Part shown: positions 17,934 through 27,199 of the stretch, piece by piece
Position numbering within the stretch: position 1 is the first letter of the stretch
Layout of the letters: each line of letters begins with the position of its first letter
NCBI GenBank assembly: GCA_964588985.1
Contig: CAZPQW010000020.1
Location: forward strand, 1 to 50,836
Origin: an uncultured Solirubrobacteraceae bacterium
GTDB taxonomy: Bacteria; Actinomycetota; Thermoleophilia; Solirubrobacterales; Solirubrobacteraceae
Length of the DNA: 50,836 nt
Direction of reading: 5' to 3'
The notes under the pieces: model-generated
Told to the model about the DNA's origin: nothing
The model's database searches: none
The model's input: the letters and a program-made list of their open reading frames with translations, nothing else
Program-made: the position numbers and the translations under genes

Positions 17934-17941
17934 GCGTCGCG

Positions 17942-18415
17942 ATGAGCGCCCGCACCCTGAGGATCACGCTGACCGTCCTCACGGTGATCGGCCTCGGCGT
18001 GGCCAGCTACCTCACCTACGTGCACTACTCGGGCATCAAGCCCGTATGCACCGCGGGCGGCAGCTGCCTGAAAGTGCAGACGTCGGTCTACTCGAAGCTC
18101 GCCGGCGTGCCCGTCGCGCTGATCGGACTGCTCGGCTACATCGGGATCCTCGGCTCGCTGCTGGTGCCCGAAAGCGAGAACAGCCGGCTCGCGACGATGG
18201 CGTTCACGCTCGTCGGCTTCGGCTTCAGCGCCTACCTCACCTACCGGGAGCTGTTCTCGATCCACGCGATCTGCGAGTGGTGCGCATCCAGCGCCGGGAT
18301 CATGACGATCATGATGTTCCTGTCGGTGTGGCGCTTCCTGCGCACCGCGCCGACCGTAGTCGGCCAATCCGCGGGCTCCGCGGACGGCATTCCGGCCATT
18401 GGAAAGGCCGGCTAG
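17942..18415 (+). CDS. Vitamin K epoxide reductase (VKOR) family protein
   Basis: VCTAGGSCLKV loop cysteines, SxYSKLAGVPVA, CEWC active site; follows dsbA as in actinobacterial disulfide-bond systems. Confidence 0.92.
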   Translation: MSARTLRITLTVLTVIGLGVASYLTYVHYSGIKPVCTAGGSCLKVQTSVYSKLAGVPVALIGLLGYIGILGSLLVPESENSRLATMAFTLVGFGFSAYLTYRELFSIHAICEWCASSAGIMTIMMFLSVWRFLRTAPTVVGQSAGSADGIPAIGKAG

Positions 18416-18483
18416 ACAATACGTCCAGTGGGGGCCGAGCGCCCCCGAGCAGCGTCGTCCGCGGGCCGACGTGAAGAGCAGGA

Positions 18484-20256
18484 ATGGACGACCACGCAAC
18501 GAGCACTCCTCCCAACGGGAGCAACGGATCGACTCCGAACGGCCAGGCGCGAATCGCCCGGCTGTTCGAGATGACCAGCGACCTGCTGGCCACGATCTCA
18601 CTCGACGGCCGCTTCACGCTGCTGAACCCCGCCTGGGAGCACCTGCTCGGCTGGACGCTCGACGAGCTGCAGTCGCGTCCGATCGAGGACTTCATCCACC
18701 CCGAGGACGCCGAGCAGACCCTGCTTTTGATCCGCACCGGCACCGAGGAGCAGACCGGGGAGGCCGAGCTCGAGAGCTTCAGCAACCGCTACCGCCACCG
18801 CGACGGCTCGTGGCGCTGGCTGCTTTGGAGCGCCCGCCGCGACGGCGACACGTGGTACGCGTCCGCGAAGGACGTCACCGACCGCATGGTGCTCGAGCGT
18901 CAGGCGTTGCACGATCCGCTCACGCACCTACCGAACCGTCTGCTGCTGATGGATCGGGCGCGTCAGGCGCTCGCGCGTCTGCACCGCTCCGGCGGCGTCG
19001 TGGCGATGCTGTTCATCGACCTGGACAAGTTCAAGGCGGTCAACGACAACCTCGGCCACAACGTCGGCGATCGGTTGCTCGTGGGGATCTCCGAAAGGCT
19101 GTCGGAGCTGATGCGCGACAGCGACACCGTCGCGCGGCTCGGTGGCGACGAGTTCGTGATCCTCGCCGAGGACATCGAGAGCGACGGCGAGGCGTTGGCG
19201 CTCGCCGAGCGCGTGCTCGACGCGCTCGAGCGCCCCTTCCCGGTCGGCACGACCGAACTCGCGATGCTCGCGAGCGTGGGCGTGTCGGTCTCCCACAGCC
19301 CGGACACCGACCCCGAGGGCATGCTCCGCGAGGCGGACCTCGCGATGTACCGCGCGAAGGGCGCCGGCGGGCGGCGCCTGGAGATCTTCGACGAGAGCCT
19401 GCGCCAGGAAGTCAGCGAGCAGATGCAGATCGGCGGGCGCCTGCGCGACGCGCTGCCGCGCCACGAGCTGCTGCTCGCCTACCAGCCGATCCTCCCGCTC
19501 GCCGGCGGCCAGGCGATCGGCTGCGAGGCGCTCGTGCGCTGGCGTCCGCGCGATGTCGACCGCACCAGCAGCAGCGGCGATCTGCTCCCGGGCACGTTCC
19601 TCCCGCCCGCGGAGGAGAGCGAGCTGATCGTGCAGATCGGGAACTGGGTGCTCCACGCCGCGCTCGCGCAGGCCGAGATCTGGCGCCGCGGGGGCATCGC
19701 GATCCCGGTGTCGGTCAACATCTCCGCGCGCGAGCTCACCGAGATGGATCTCGCCGAGCGCGTCCGTGAGGAGCTCGCCTACTGCCGGCTGCCCGGCCGC
19801 GCGCTGTGCCTGGAGGTCAGCGAGGACGCGGTTCTGCGCGACCCCGACCGCGCACGCTCCGCCCTGAAGGACGTCAAGCGCCTCGGCGTGTCGATCGCGC
19901 TCGACAAATTCGGCTCCGGCCAGTATTCGCTGGGGCTGCCGAGCAACCTGCCGTTGGACGTCGTCAAGCTCGACCGCGTCCTGATCTCGAGCTTCGACCG
20001 CGACAAGGAGAGACGCGCGATGTTCGCCGCCACGATCGCGCTCGCCAAGGAGGCCGGGCTGACGGCCGTCGCGGTGGGCATCGAGACGAACCGCCAGCTA
20101 GCGCTCGCGCGTGAACTCGACTGCGCCGTGGGACAGGGCTTTCTCCTCCATGGCCCCGCATCGCCGGATCGTGTGCGCCTCAGGGACAACGTCGGATCGG
20201 TAACGTCCGCGCCATGGCGTCCTCTGGTGCGACTGAGCGGCAGCGAGCGGCGCTGA
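18484..20256 (+). CDS. PAS-GGDEF-EAL protein (diguanylate cyclase with degenerate EAL domain)
   Basis: PAS (FIHPED), HDPLTHLPNR, RLGGDEF, EAL motif present but DKFGSG and VGIE substitutions. Confidence 0.93.
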   Translation: MDDHATSTPPNGSNGSTPNGQARIARLFEMTSDLLATISLDGRFTLLNPAWEHLLGWTLDELQSRPIEDFIHPEDAEQTLLLIRTGTEEQTGEAELESFSNRYRHRDGSWRWLLWSARRDGDTWYASAKDVTDRMVLERQALHDPLTHLPNRLLLMDRARQALARLHRSGGVVAMLFIDLDKFKAVNDNLGHNVGDRLLVGISERLSELMRDSDTVARLGGDEFVILAEDIESDGEALALAERVLDALERPFPVGTTELAMLASVGVSVSHSPDTDPEGMLREADLAMYRAKGAGGRRLEIFDESLRQEVSEQMQIGGRLRDALPRHELLLAYQPILPLAGGQAIGCEALVRWRPRDVDRTSSSGDLLPGTFLPPAEESELIVQIGNWVLHAALAQAEIWRRGGIAIPVSVNISARELTEMDLAERVREELAYCRLPGRALCLEVSEDAVLRDPDRARSALKDVKRLGVSIALDKFGSGQYSLGLPSNLPLDVVKLDRVLISSFDRDKERRAMFAATIALAKEAGLTAVAVGIETNRQLALARELDCAVGQGFLLHGPASPDRVRLRDNVGSVTSAPWRPLVRLSGSERR

Positions 20257-20921
20257 GCGACGCCGACGCGAGCGAGCGTCAGAAGCACGCCGCCGCGGTG
20301 GCGGCGGCCGAGCTGATCGAGGACGGCATGCGCGTGGGGCTCGGCACCGGCTCCACCGTCGCGCACCTGCTGCCCGCGGTCGCCGCGCGCGGCCTGAGGG
20401 ACCTGCGCTGCGTCGCCACCTCGCCCGCGACCGAACGCGCCGCGCAGGCGCTCGGCCTGTCGGTTCATACGCTCGACGAGCTCGGCGAGCTGGACATCGC
20501 GATCGACGGCACCGATCAGGTCGACCCACACGGATGGCTCGTCAAGGGCGGCGGCGGCGCGCACACACGCGAGAAGATCGTCGCCGCGGCCGCCGAGCGT
20601 TTCGTGGTGATCGCCTCCGCGGAGAAGGCCGTTAGAGATCTCGCGCCGCCGGTGCCGCTCGAGCTGCTGCGCTTCGGAGTCCAGCGCACGCTCACGATCC
20701 TCTCCCCCACCCAGCTGCGCGCCGTCGAGCCGAGCCCCGACGGCGGGCTGATCGCGGATTACATGGGCCCAGTGGGAAACACGCGCGAGCTCGCCGCAAG
20801 GCTCAGCGCCACCCCCGGCGTGATCGATCACGGCCTGTTCGCGCCCGAGATGGTGAGCACGATCCTGATCGCGCGCGAGGACGGCGTCGAATGCCGATCC
20901 GGCGCCAAGCCGACGCGCTGA
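20214..20921 (+). CDS. rpiA: Ribose-5-phosphate isomerase A
   Basis: VGLGTGST, DGTDQVD, KGGGGAHTREKIVA, GVIDHGLF; true start may be slightly downstream. Confidence 0.93.
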   Translation: MASSGATERQRAALSDADASERQKHAAAVAAAELIEDGMRVGLGTGSTVAHLLPAVAARGLRDLRCVATSPATERAAQALGLSVHTLDELGELDIAIDGTDQVDPHGWLVKGGGGAHTREKIVAAAAERFVVIASAEKAVRDLAPPVPLELLRFGVQRTLTILSPTQLRAVEPSPDGGLIADYMGPVGNTRELAARLSATPGVIDHGLFAPEMVSTILIAREDGVECRSGAKPTR

Positions 20922-21497
20922 CTACGCCGTCGGCGCGATCGGGCGCAGCTCCTGCTGGTAGGACATCGGATGGCGTGCCAGCACGCCGTCTGCGCCGATC
21001 TCATACGCGCCCATGCGCAACAGCGGCGGCGAGTACACGTGCAGCGTCACCGCCGGGTCGGCGCCCGCGTGGCACACACGGTGGATGTCCGCGGGGGCGA
21101 AGTGGAAGCTCTCGCCCACCCGGCAGGTGCGTTTGCGCGGCGGCCCGTCGATCGCGAGACGCTCCTCGCACACCGCGCCGCTCACCACCGCCACCGCGCC
21201 CGCGGACACGTCGTGATCGTGGAAGCCCGTGTCGTGATCGTCCATCCAGCAGATCAGCCACGCGGTGAGGTGCTCGTCGCTGAGCAGCTCCTCGTACACG
21301 CGCTGGGTGCTGTCGTGCTTGACCATGTCGATCCACAGCTCGGGACGATCCGCCAGCGCGCTGACGAAGTCCTCCAACTCGGGGCCGGAGAGGTCGCGCC
21401 CGAGCGGGCGCGGAACGCCCGCCGGCCCACCGATGGTGGGCGGCACGACGGAACGTGAGCGCGGTTGAGCGGGCATCAGCGTCGTCGGCGGGCTCAT
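20922..21497 (-). CDS. Cysteine dioxygenase-family cupin
   Basis: TGFHDH, IHRV, TLHVYSPP; ATGA overlap with the amidohydrolase gene. Confidence 0.87.
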   Translation of the reverse strand: MSPPTTLMPAQPRSRSVVPPTIGGPAGVPRPLGRDLSGPELEDFVSALADRPELWIDMVKHDSTQRVYEELLSDEHLTAWLICWMDDHDTGFHDHDVSAGAVAVVSGAVCEERLAIDGPPRKRTCRVGESFHFAPADIHRVCHAGADPAVTLHVYSPPLLRMGAYEIGADGVLARHPMSYQQELRPIAPTA

Positions 21498-22450
21498 CGC
21501 GCGACCAGGCCTCTCGGCGAAACCAGCGCCCCCAGCGCGCGCCGCGTGCCGTCGACAACGGGCTCCCAGTCGAGCGCGTCGGGCATCCCGAACACGCCCG
21601 GCTCCACCACCGGTCGATCGGAGCCATAGAGCAGCTGCTGCGCGCCCACCACTCCCTCCATCGCCCGCCGCGCCGCGGGACCGTAGGAGGAGGTGTCGTA
21701 GAAGACGAGTGGGTCGGGCGAGGACGGGCTCGGCCCGCCCCGGCATGCGAGGCGCTCCACGTGCAGCGGAGCGAGGCCCGCGAGCATCGAGAACACCACG
21801 CGCAACCTCGGATGGCTCGCGCGTCCGGCGGTGAGGAAGGCAAGCCACGCGGAGTGCATCCCCGCGACGTAGCTCGTCAGCGCGGGCCACCACAGCGGAT
21901 CGTCGAAGGAGGCGTCGCCCACGACGCACGGTGCGCCCGAGCTCGCTCCGGGGCCTGGATGCACGAACAGCGGAGCTCCGCGCAGCTCCAGACGGGCGAG
22001 CACCGCGCGCAGACCGGCCACCGCCTCGACCGTCGCGATCGCACCCGCGGGCAGGGAGATCCCGACGCAGCCGCGCTCGAGAGCGCGATCGACGTCATCG
22101 GGGTCGACGCGGTCGAGCGCAATCGCGCCCCACACCCCGAACGGCTCCTCTATCGAGAGCGCGCCGTCGTGATACGCGTCGATCAGCTCGCACGACTGCT
22201 CACGCGGCAACCACTCCACGCCCAGCGGGCTGGACAGGCACAGCAGGGCTCTATCGAGGCCGTCCAGCTCGACGAGCGCCGAGCGCTGCGCCGGATCCTC
22301 GCTTCGCAGATCGATCACGTAGGGACGCTCGCCCGCGAGGTAGAGCACCGTCAGCCCGTGCTCGAAGCGCACGAACGGCAGCTCACGGCGCGCCGCCAGC
22401 GCCTCCACGAGCGGCTCAGTCCAAAGGTGTTGGTGTACGTCGACTCTCAT
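21494..22450 (-). CDS. Amidohydrolase family 2 protein
   Basis: VDVHQH (HxH), LFVHP, FYDTSS, LLYGSDRP. Confidence 0.85.
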   Translation of the reverse strand: MRVDVHQHLWTEPLVEALAARRELPFVRFEHGLTVLYLAGERPYVIDLRSEDPAQRSALVELDGLDRALLCLSSPLGVEWLPREQSCELIDAYHDGALSIEEPFGVWGAIALDRVDPDDVDRALERGCVGISLPAGAIATVEAVAGLRAVLARLELRGAPLFVHPGPGASSGAPCVVGDASFDDPLWWPALTSYVAGMHSAWLAFLTAGRASHPRLRVVFSMLAGLAPLHVERLACRGGPSPSSPDPLVFYDTSSYGPAARRAMEGVVGAQQLLYGSDRPVVEPGVFGMPDALDWEPVVDGTRRALGALVSPRGLVAR

Positions 22451-22460
22451 CTTTCCTCAG

Positions 22461-22485
22461 ATTCTCTATCTGTTTGATGGAGAAT
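22461..22485. promoter_or_regulatory. Imperfect palindrome ATTCTCTATC-N5-GATGGAGAAT, putative operator
   Basis: 9 of 10 arm positions pair; AT-rich; lies 10 bp upstream of the amidohydrolase start. Confidence 0.55.
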
Positions 22486-22532
22486 AGCAGAGGTATCGGC
22501 ACTGCGGCCGGCGAACATGAGCGTTGCGCCGA

Positions 22533-23819
22533 CTACGAATCGAACTTGTTGCCGAGGATCGCGAGGCAGCGCTTCACCCGGTCAGCGACGAGGCTTACAA
22601 GCCGATCCGGCAGCGGGCGGTTCAGAGTCGCCACATCTGGATCCGCTGCAGCCTCCGCAAACGCGTCGGGGGCGCGTCGCGCAAGCTCGAACAGCCGCTC
22701 CCGAGTCGCGTCCGGGTCGAGGCCGAGCTCCTTCGCGACCGCGAGCCAGGTGTCGTGGAAGGGAATGACGCGATAGTCGCCGCCGAGCTTCATCGCGAAG
22801 CGCAGCTTGCGCTCATGGGTGCCGTAGGGCAGGTGGGACGCGATGTCGTACAGCGGCGCCAGGCGAACATCCGCGGCAGCGAGCAAGAGCGAGTAGTTCT
22901 TGGCGTGCGCGTCGGTCCCCACGATCAGCCAGTTCCAGGCGAGCGCATCGAAGAAGCGCCAAATCGCATCGTCTGCGGGGCGCGAAGGCATGACGTCGCG
23001 CATCAGACGCGCGATATCGCCCGGCCCCGGCCCCCCTCTGTTCTGATACTTGCGCTCTGGGTGCACGCCGAGGGCTTGGCAAAGATCCTCCTGGTGGATC
23101 CTCGTCAACTGTCCGCCCACGAGTCGCCTGTCGTAGCGATCGACGACGATGGCGCTCTCGTCCTCGAACTGCCCGATGCGGGTGCGTGCCACCACGAGAC
23201 CGGCGCGCCTCGCCGCGTCGAGACAGAGGTGCTCGTTCAGGTCGTGTTCATCGAAACCCGTGACGGCCGGCTTGAGGATGTGACTCGTCGCGGCCGATCC
23301 GGACGGCAGCCCCCAGCGCCCTTCCTGCAACAGCAGCGCGGTCTTCGCCTGCGCTCCGGCGAGGCTGAACTGGCCGCTGAAGTCTCGACCCAGCCACGAC
23401 GTCGAGTCTTCCCGCAACTCGCGCAGGCGCTGTGCGACGTCATGCTCGCCCAGCCATGTGATCTCTCCCGGCTGCGCAACGAGATCGTCAACCTCGGCAG
23501 ACCGCGCGAACCGGACCGCACCAGCGCAATCATGGCCGATCGGGGTCGACAACAACGCGAAAGGCGATGCGGACGTTTGGAAGTCGCGCGCCCACCGGGC
23601 GAGCACGGCCTCGTTGTCCGGCAGTAGGCCCCAAAGCCAGGGGGTGACGACACCGTCGGAGTGGGTACGAACCGACGTCGGCATAGACACCGATAGAGGG
23701 CTCACGCTCGGTGTCGCGCGGTACGCGTCGTCATAGTCGAACCGCAGTCGCCCACCCTTCAGGCGAGTGATGGTGCCGGCCACGGCGTCGTCGAGAATGA
23801 CCGTCAGGGTGTCGGTCAT
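22533..23819 (-). CDS. hipA: HipA-family kinase toxin
   Basis: GLLPDN, SLAGAQAK, HILKP, NEHLCL, RYDR, HQEDLCQALG, DAHAKNYS, LAPLYD. Confidence 0.95.
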   Translation of the reverse strand: MTDTLTVILDDAVAGTITRLKGGRLRFDYDDAYRATPSVSPLSVSMPTSVRTHSDGVVTPWLWGLLPDNEAVLARWARDFQTSASPFALLSTPIGHDCAGAVRFARSAEVDDLVAQPGEITWLGEHDVAQRLRELREDSTSWLGRDFSGQFSLAGAQAKTALLLQEGRWGLPSGSAATSHILKPAVTGFDEHDLNEHLCLDAARRAGLVVARTRIGQFEDESAIVVDRYDRRLVGGQLTRIHQEDLCQALGVHPERKYQNRGGPGPGDIARLMRDVMPSRPADDAIWRFFDALAWNWLIVGTDAHAKNYSLLLAAADVRLAPLYDIASHLPYGTHERKLRFAMKLGGDYRVIPFHDTWLAVAKELGLDPDATRERLFELARRAPDAFAEAAADPDVATLNRPLPDRLVSLVADRVKRCLAILGNKFDS

Positions 23820-24097
23820 CGGTGTCGGTACTCCTCGATCAACGCATCGAGATCCACGGCCTGACCCACGACACTGGCCTGCGCCGGCTCGTCGAGACTG
23901 AGCTCGAGCTGGAAACCGAGGGCGTCAAGCACTCGAAGGATCAGGCCGAGCTCGGCATTCGGTTTGCCGGCCTCGAACTCGTAGATCCACTTGCGCGAGA
24001 CGCCAGCTCGCTCGGCAAGGGCGGCCTGTGTCATGCCCAGGTCCCTGCGACGGCCGCGCACTGCGGCTGCAAAGTCTCGTATCGATCGCGCTCTCAT
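23816..24097 (-). CDS. hipB: HipB-like XRE HTH antitoxin
   Basis: GMTQAALAERAGVSRKWIYEFEAGK HTH; AAGGAG RBS; ATGA overlap with hipA. Confidence 0.9.
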   Translation of the reverse strand: MRARSIRDFAAAVRGRRRDLGMTQAALAERAGVSRKWIYEFEAGKPNAELGLILRVLDALGFQLELSLDEPAQASVVGQAVDLDALIEEYRHR

Positions 24098-24240
24098 GGG
24101 ACGGATGCTCCTTGCCACTGTTTGGTAGCAAGTTTAGCGTGACACTGAACGGTGCCAAAGTATGCAAGGAACCGTTCGGTAGCTCACTGAGTGCGATTCT
24201 AAGCGAGCGCCTTCCCCCCCTGGACGGATCCGCAGAAATC

Positions 24241-24268
24241 TGTTGCATGTTGCGCAACATGCTACAAT
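24241..24268 (+). promoter_or_regulatory. Perfect 18-bp palindrome GCATGTTGCGCAACATGC abutting a TACAAT -10
   Basis: Palindrome 24245-24262; TACAAT 24263-24268; ATG 6 nt later (leaderless start inferred). Confidence 0.75.
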
Positions 24269-24274
24269 TTATGG

Positions 24275-24805
24275 ATGCTTGGCTCTTCAGACATCTATGT
24301 CCTCGCCGGCACCGTTGCCAACGCAGACAAGAATCCAACCCTGCGCGAGCTGGCTCGAGAGCTTCACGTCGACCACACACTCGTACATCGCGCACTCAAG
24401 CGAGCTGAGGACGCGGGCCTCTACAGAAGCACCTCGAAACAGGTCAACAGGGCGAACTTCGAGGAGCTGCTGGCGCATGCGGCGCGGTTCATCGCGCCTG
24501 CAGCTCCAGGCGAGCTGACGCGCGGGACGCCTGCAGCCTGGGCGGCGGAGCCCATCGCCCGAAGAGTCCGACAGCAAAGCGACGAGCCACCGCCCGTATG
24601 GCCTGACGTCGACGGCGCCGTACGAGGCCAGGCACTTCGGCCACTACACCCCGCCGCTGTACAGGCCAGCCGGGAAAGCCCTGCGCTCTCAAGCCTCCTC
24701 GCCATCATCGACTCCCTACGCGCCGGCGACGCTCGCGTTCGCCAAGTCGCCGCCGAGGAGCTACATACGGCGCTTTCGCGAAAATCCTCACCCGAACAGC
24801 CGTGA
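24275..24805 (+). CDS. HTH protein, putative AbiEi-like (type IV TA) antitoxin
   Basis: TLRELARELHVDHTLVHRALKR HTH; RGTPAAW, PVWP, PLHP motifs; GTGA overlap with a nucleotidyltransferase gene. Confidence 0.7.
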   Translation: MLGSSDIYVLAGTVANADKNPTLRELARELHVDHTLVHRALKRAEDAGLYRSTSKQVNRANFEELLAHAARFIAPAAPGELTRGTPAAWAAEPIARRVRQQSDEPPPVWPDVDGAVRGQALRPLHPAAVQASRESPALSSLLAIIDSLRAGDARVRQVAAEELHTALSRKSSPEQP

Positions 24806-25500
24806 GTGCCGAACTGCTCGAGTCGGCCGCCGCTGCGCTTGGACCGCTCGTTGACGAGGTGGTCTTCCTGGGGGGTGCAAGCATCTACCTGTGGGTCAGC
24901 GATCCGGCGGCGCCGGCGACACGAGCGACAGACGATGTGGACGTAATCAGTGCGGTCACCACACGCGTCGACTACTACAAGCTTGGGGATCGACTCACGG
25001 AACGTGGGTTCCAAGAGGCGAGCGACTCGCGGGTGATCTGCCGCTGGAGGCACAGCGCGACCGGCCTGATCTTGGATGTAATGCCGCAGGACGAGAGCGT
25101 GCTCGGATTTTCGAACCCGTGGTACCCGCACGCCCTCGAGACGGCCCTCGAGCAAGAACTGACATCCGGCACGCGCATTCGCGCGGCGACCCCGCCCACC
25201 ATCATCGCGACGAAGCTCGCGGCCTGGAGCGGGCGAGGCAAAGGAGACCTGCTTCGGAGCCTCGATCTTCATGACGTCCTTGTCCTGATTGACGGCCGAG
25301 TCGAGCTGCTCGCGGAGCTCAACGCAGAGCCGCGTGAGCTGCGGGAGTACATATCCCACGGGCTAGCGACGGTCGTCGACCATCCCTACTGGGGAGACCT
25401 CCTCGAAAGCGCACTGCATGGCTATGGCTCACTGGCGCCCTCTCGGGCTCAGCGACTTCGCGATCACGTCGACGCACTGATCTCCGAGAACCGCCCGTAG
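24802..25500 (+). CDS. Pol-beta superfamily nucleotidyltransferase, putative AbiEii-like toxin
   Basis: VFLGGAS, RATDDVDVI, KLAAW..RG, DLHD motifs. Confidence 0.75.
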   Translation: MSAELLESAAAALGPLVDEVVFLGGASIYLWVSDPAAPATRATDDVDVISAVTTRVDYYKLGDRLTERGFQEASDSRVICRWRHSATGLILDVMPQDESVLGFSNPWYPHALETALEQELTSGTRIRAATPPTIIATKLAAWSGRGKGDLLRSLDLHDVLVLIDGRVELLAELNAEPRELREYISHGLATVVDHPYWGDLLESALHGYGSLAPSRAQRLRDHVDALISENRP

Positions 25501-25579
25501 GGATCGAAACCTCTAGATCGGAGCGAATTCCAGCGGATCGATGCAGACCGCCGCCCGCAAGCGATCTACTCGCAAAACC

Positions 25580-25668
25580 GCTCTAGAAAGCGGAAAAGCC
25601 CCGTTTCCGGGGCGTTTTCCTGAGCGGTGGACCGAGGAGTCGAACCTCGCGTTGCGGTTTTGGAGACC
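25580..25668 (-). repeat. att duplication: 3' half of tRNA-Trp plus terminator
   Basis: Matches 36493-36581 except position 25628; tRNA homology stops in the anticodon stem. Confidence 0.95.
25592..25620 (-). terminator. Intrinsic terminator-like hairpin (copy 1)
   Basis: GCCCCG-GAAA-CGGGGC followed by TTTT on the minus strand. Confidence 0.7.
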
Positions 25669-25715
25669 GGCGCGAGAGGGCGCTTCGACCAACAGATACG
25701 GAGTATCAAAGTCCG

Positions 25716-25738
25716 TAGGGATAGGCCTAGGGATAGAA
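25716..25738. repeat. Putative integrase arm-type sites TAGGGATAG x2
   Basis: TAGGGATAG-GCC-TAGGGATAGAA; near-identical array at 36399-36421 and a single copy at 25498. Confidence 0.7.
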
Positions 25739-26002
25739 CAGCACCACGAGCAGCTCAAGGATCGTGACTTCAGATGAGGCTGTACTGCTCGCACCATCCG
25801 GCGAGCGCTGCAGTCGCGACCGCATCGAGAGCCCGGTGAGTAGATGTCTTGCTTCGAGCTACTACCGCGAGGGGCGCACGACACCCCACGTCCGCGCTCA
25901 AGCATATATCGTCCGCGTCGCGCCCGATCTCCGCGCTCATTCTGACATGCTGATCCAGGCTCCCCCCAAGCTCACCGTCGCACCCACAGCGTTCAGCTCT
26001 CG

Positions 26003-27199
26003 ATGAGTGAGCGTATTATCAGGATGGCAGTCGTTAGCGACTGCCACGCTCGACCGGGAAGAAGCGCAACAACGCCCGCGTCGACATGGGTGCAGAGTGA
26101 GGAGCATGATCCCGGTAGCAACCCGCTGGCTGGCCTGGGAAATTTTATTGAATCCGAAGCACTTTCGGCCGACGTGCTGCTGTGCCCAGGCGATCTATGC
26201 GACCAAGCACGCTGGGAGGCGCTGCCCTACGTGTGGGAGCGTCTCGAGGATCTCGGAACAAGGCTTGGGGCTGACGCGTTGATTGCCACCGCCGGGAACC
26301 ACGACATCGACAGCCGTGGCACTCACAAGCCCGAGTTAATTGCGCAGGGCCTGCGTGACCTCGCCCCGCCCTTTCCCGGATGTGATCACGTCACAGCGGA
26401 CGATTACTGGTCGCGGCGGATCTCACTACACGAAGGCGAGCGTTGGCAAGTGGTGAGCCTGAATAGCACACTGATGCGTGAGCTAGATAGCGATGCCGCC
26501 GAGGATGATCACGGTGAGATCTCTGCAGAGACACTTGTCGCGCTCAAGACGCTGCTGGCCGGACGTGTGCAGGATGTCAACGTACTGATGTGCCATCACC
26601 ACCCATTGCCCTCCACGCACCTAAACCCTGATGATCGCAGCCAAATGGAGGGAGGCGACCAACTCGTGCGCCTGCTCGATGAGCTCGACGGACCATGGTT
26701 CGTGGTTCATGGGCACAAGCATGAGCCCGATCTCGGCTACCTCTCCGGGACCGGCAACGCCCCAGTGCGCCTCGCATCAGGGTCGGTCGGCGCAGTCCTG
26801 CTAGGACGGCTCGGCACACATGTCCGCAACCAGTTCCATCTGATCGAGTTTCCGGTCGAGCAATGTGAGAAGATTCATCTCGGTCTCGCTGGTCAGGTGC
26901 GATCTTGGACTTGGCGCGCCTTGACTGGCTGGGAGAAGGCCGCAGCTAGAGATGGGCTGCCGGCGAACGCGGGGTTTGGGCACCGTCGCGATGGTCGTTC
27001 GCTTGCGCGTGAGCTGATTGAGCACGCCAAAAAAGATGCCCTGCTGACGTTGGATCGCGCAGCCCTATTGAAGCGCGAGCCAAGGCTTGAGTTCATGTTG
27101 CCAAGAGATATCGAGCGACTCATCTCTGCCCTAGAGGAGCACGGCGGCCACGTACAGCTTGATCTCCACGGGCGCCTCGACCGGTTGGTGCTGCCATGA
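26003..27199 (+). CDS. Calcineurin-like metallophosphoesterase with C-terminal extension
   Basis: SDCH, GDLCD, GNHD, CHHH, HGHKH: all five family motifs present. Confidence 0.92.
   Translation: MSERIIRMAVVSDCHARPGRSATTPASTWVQSEEHDPGSNPLAGLGNFIESEALSADVLLCPGDLCDQARWEALPYVWERLEDLGTRLGADALIATAGNHDIDSRGTHKPELIAQGLRDLAPPFPGCDHVTADDYWSRRISLHEGERWQVVSLNSTLMRELDSDAAEDDHGEISAETLVALKTLLAGRVQDVNVLMCHHHPLPSTHLNPDDRSQMEGGDQLVRLLDELDGPWFVVHGHKHEPDLGYLSGTGNAPVRLASGSVGAVLLGRLGTHVRNQFHLIEFPVEQCEKIHLGLAGQVRSWTWRALTGWEKAAARDGLPANAGFGHRRDGRSLARELIEHAKKDALLTLDRAALLKREPRLEFMLPRDIERLISALEEHGGHVQLDLHGRLDRLVLP

Noticed and set aside
25625-25668. Second tRNA-Trp gene
   Set aside because: Only the anticodon arm to the 3' end is present, with an acceptor-stem mismatch; it is an att duplication
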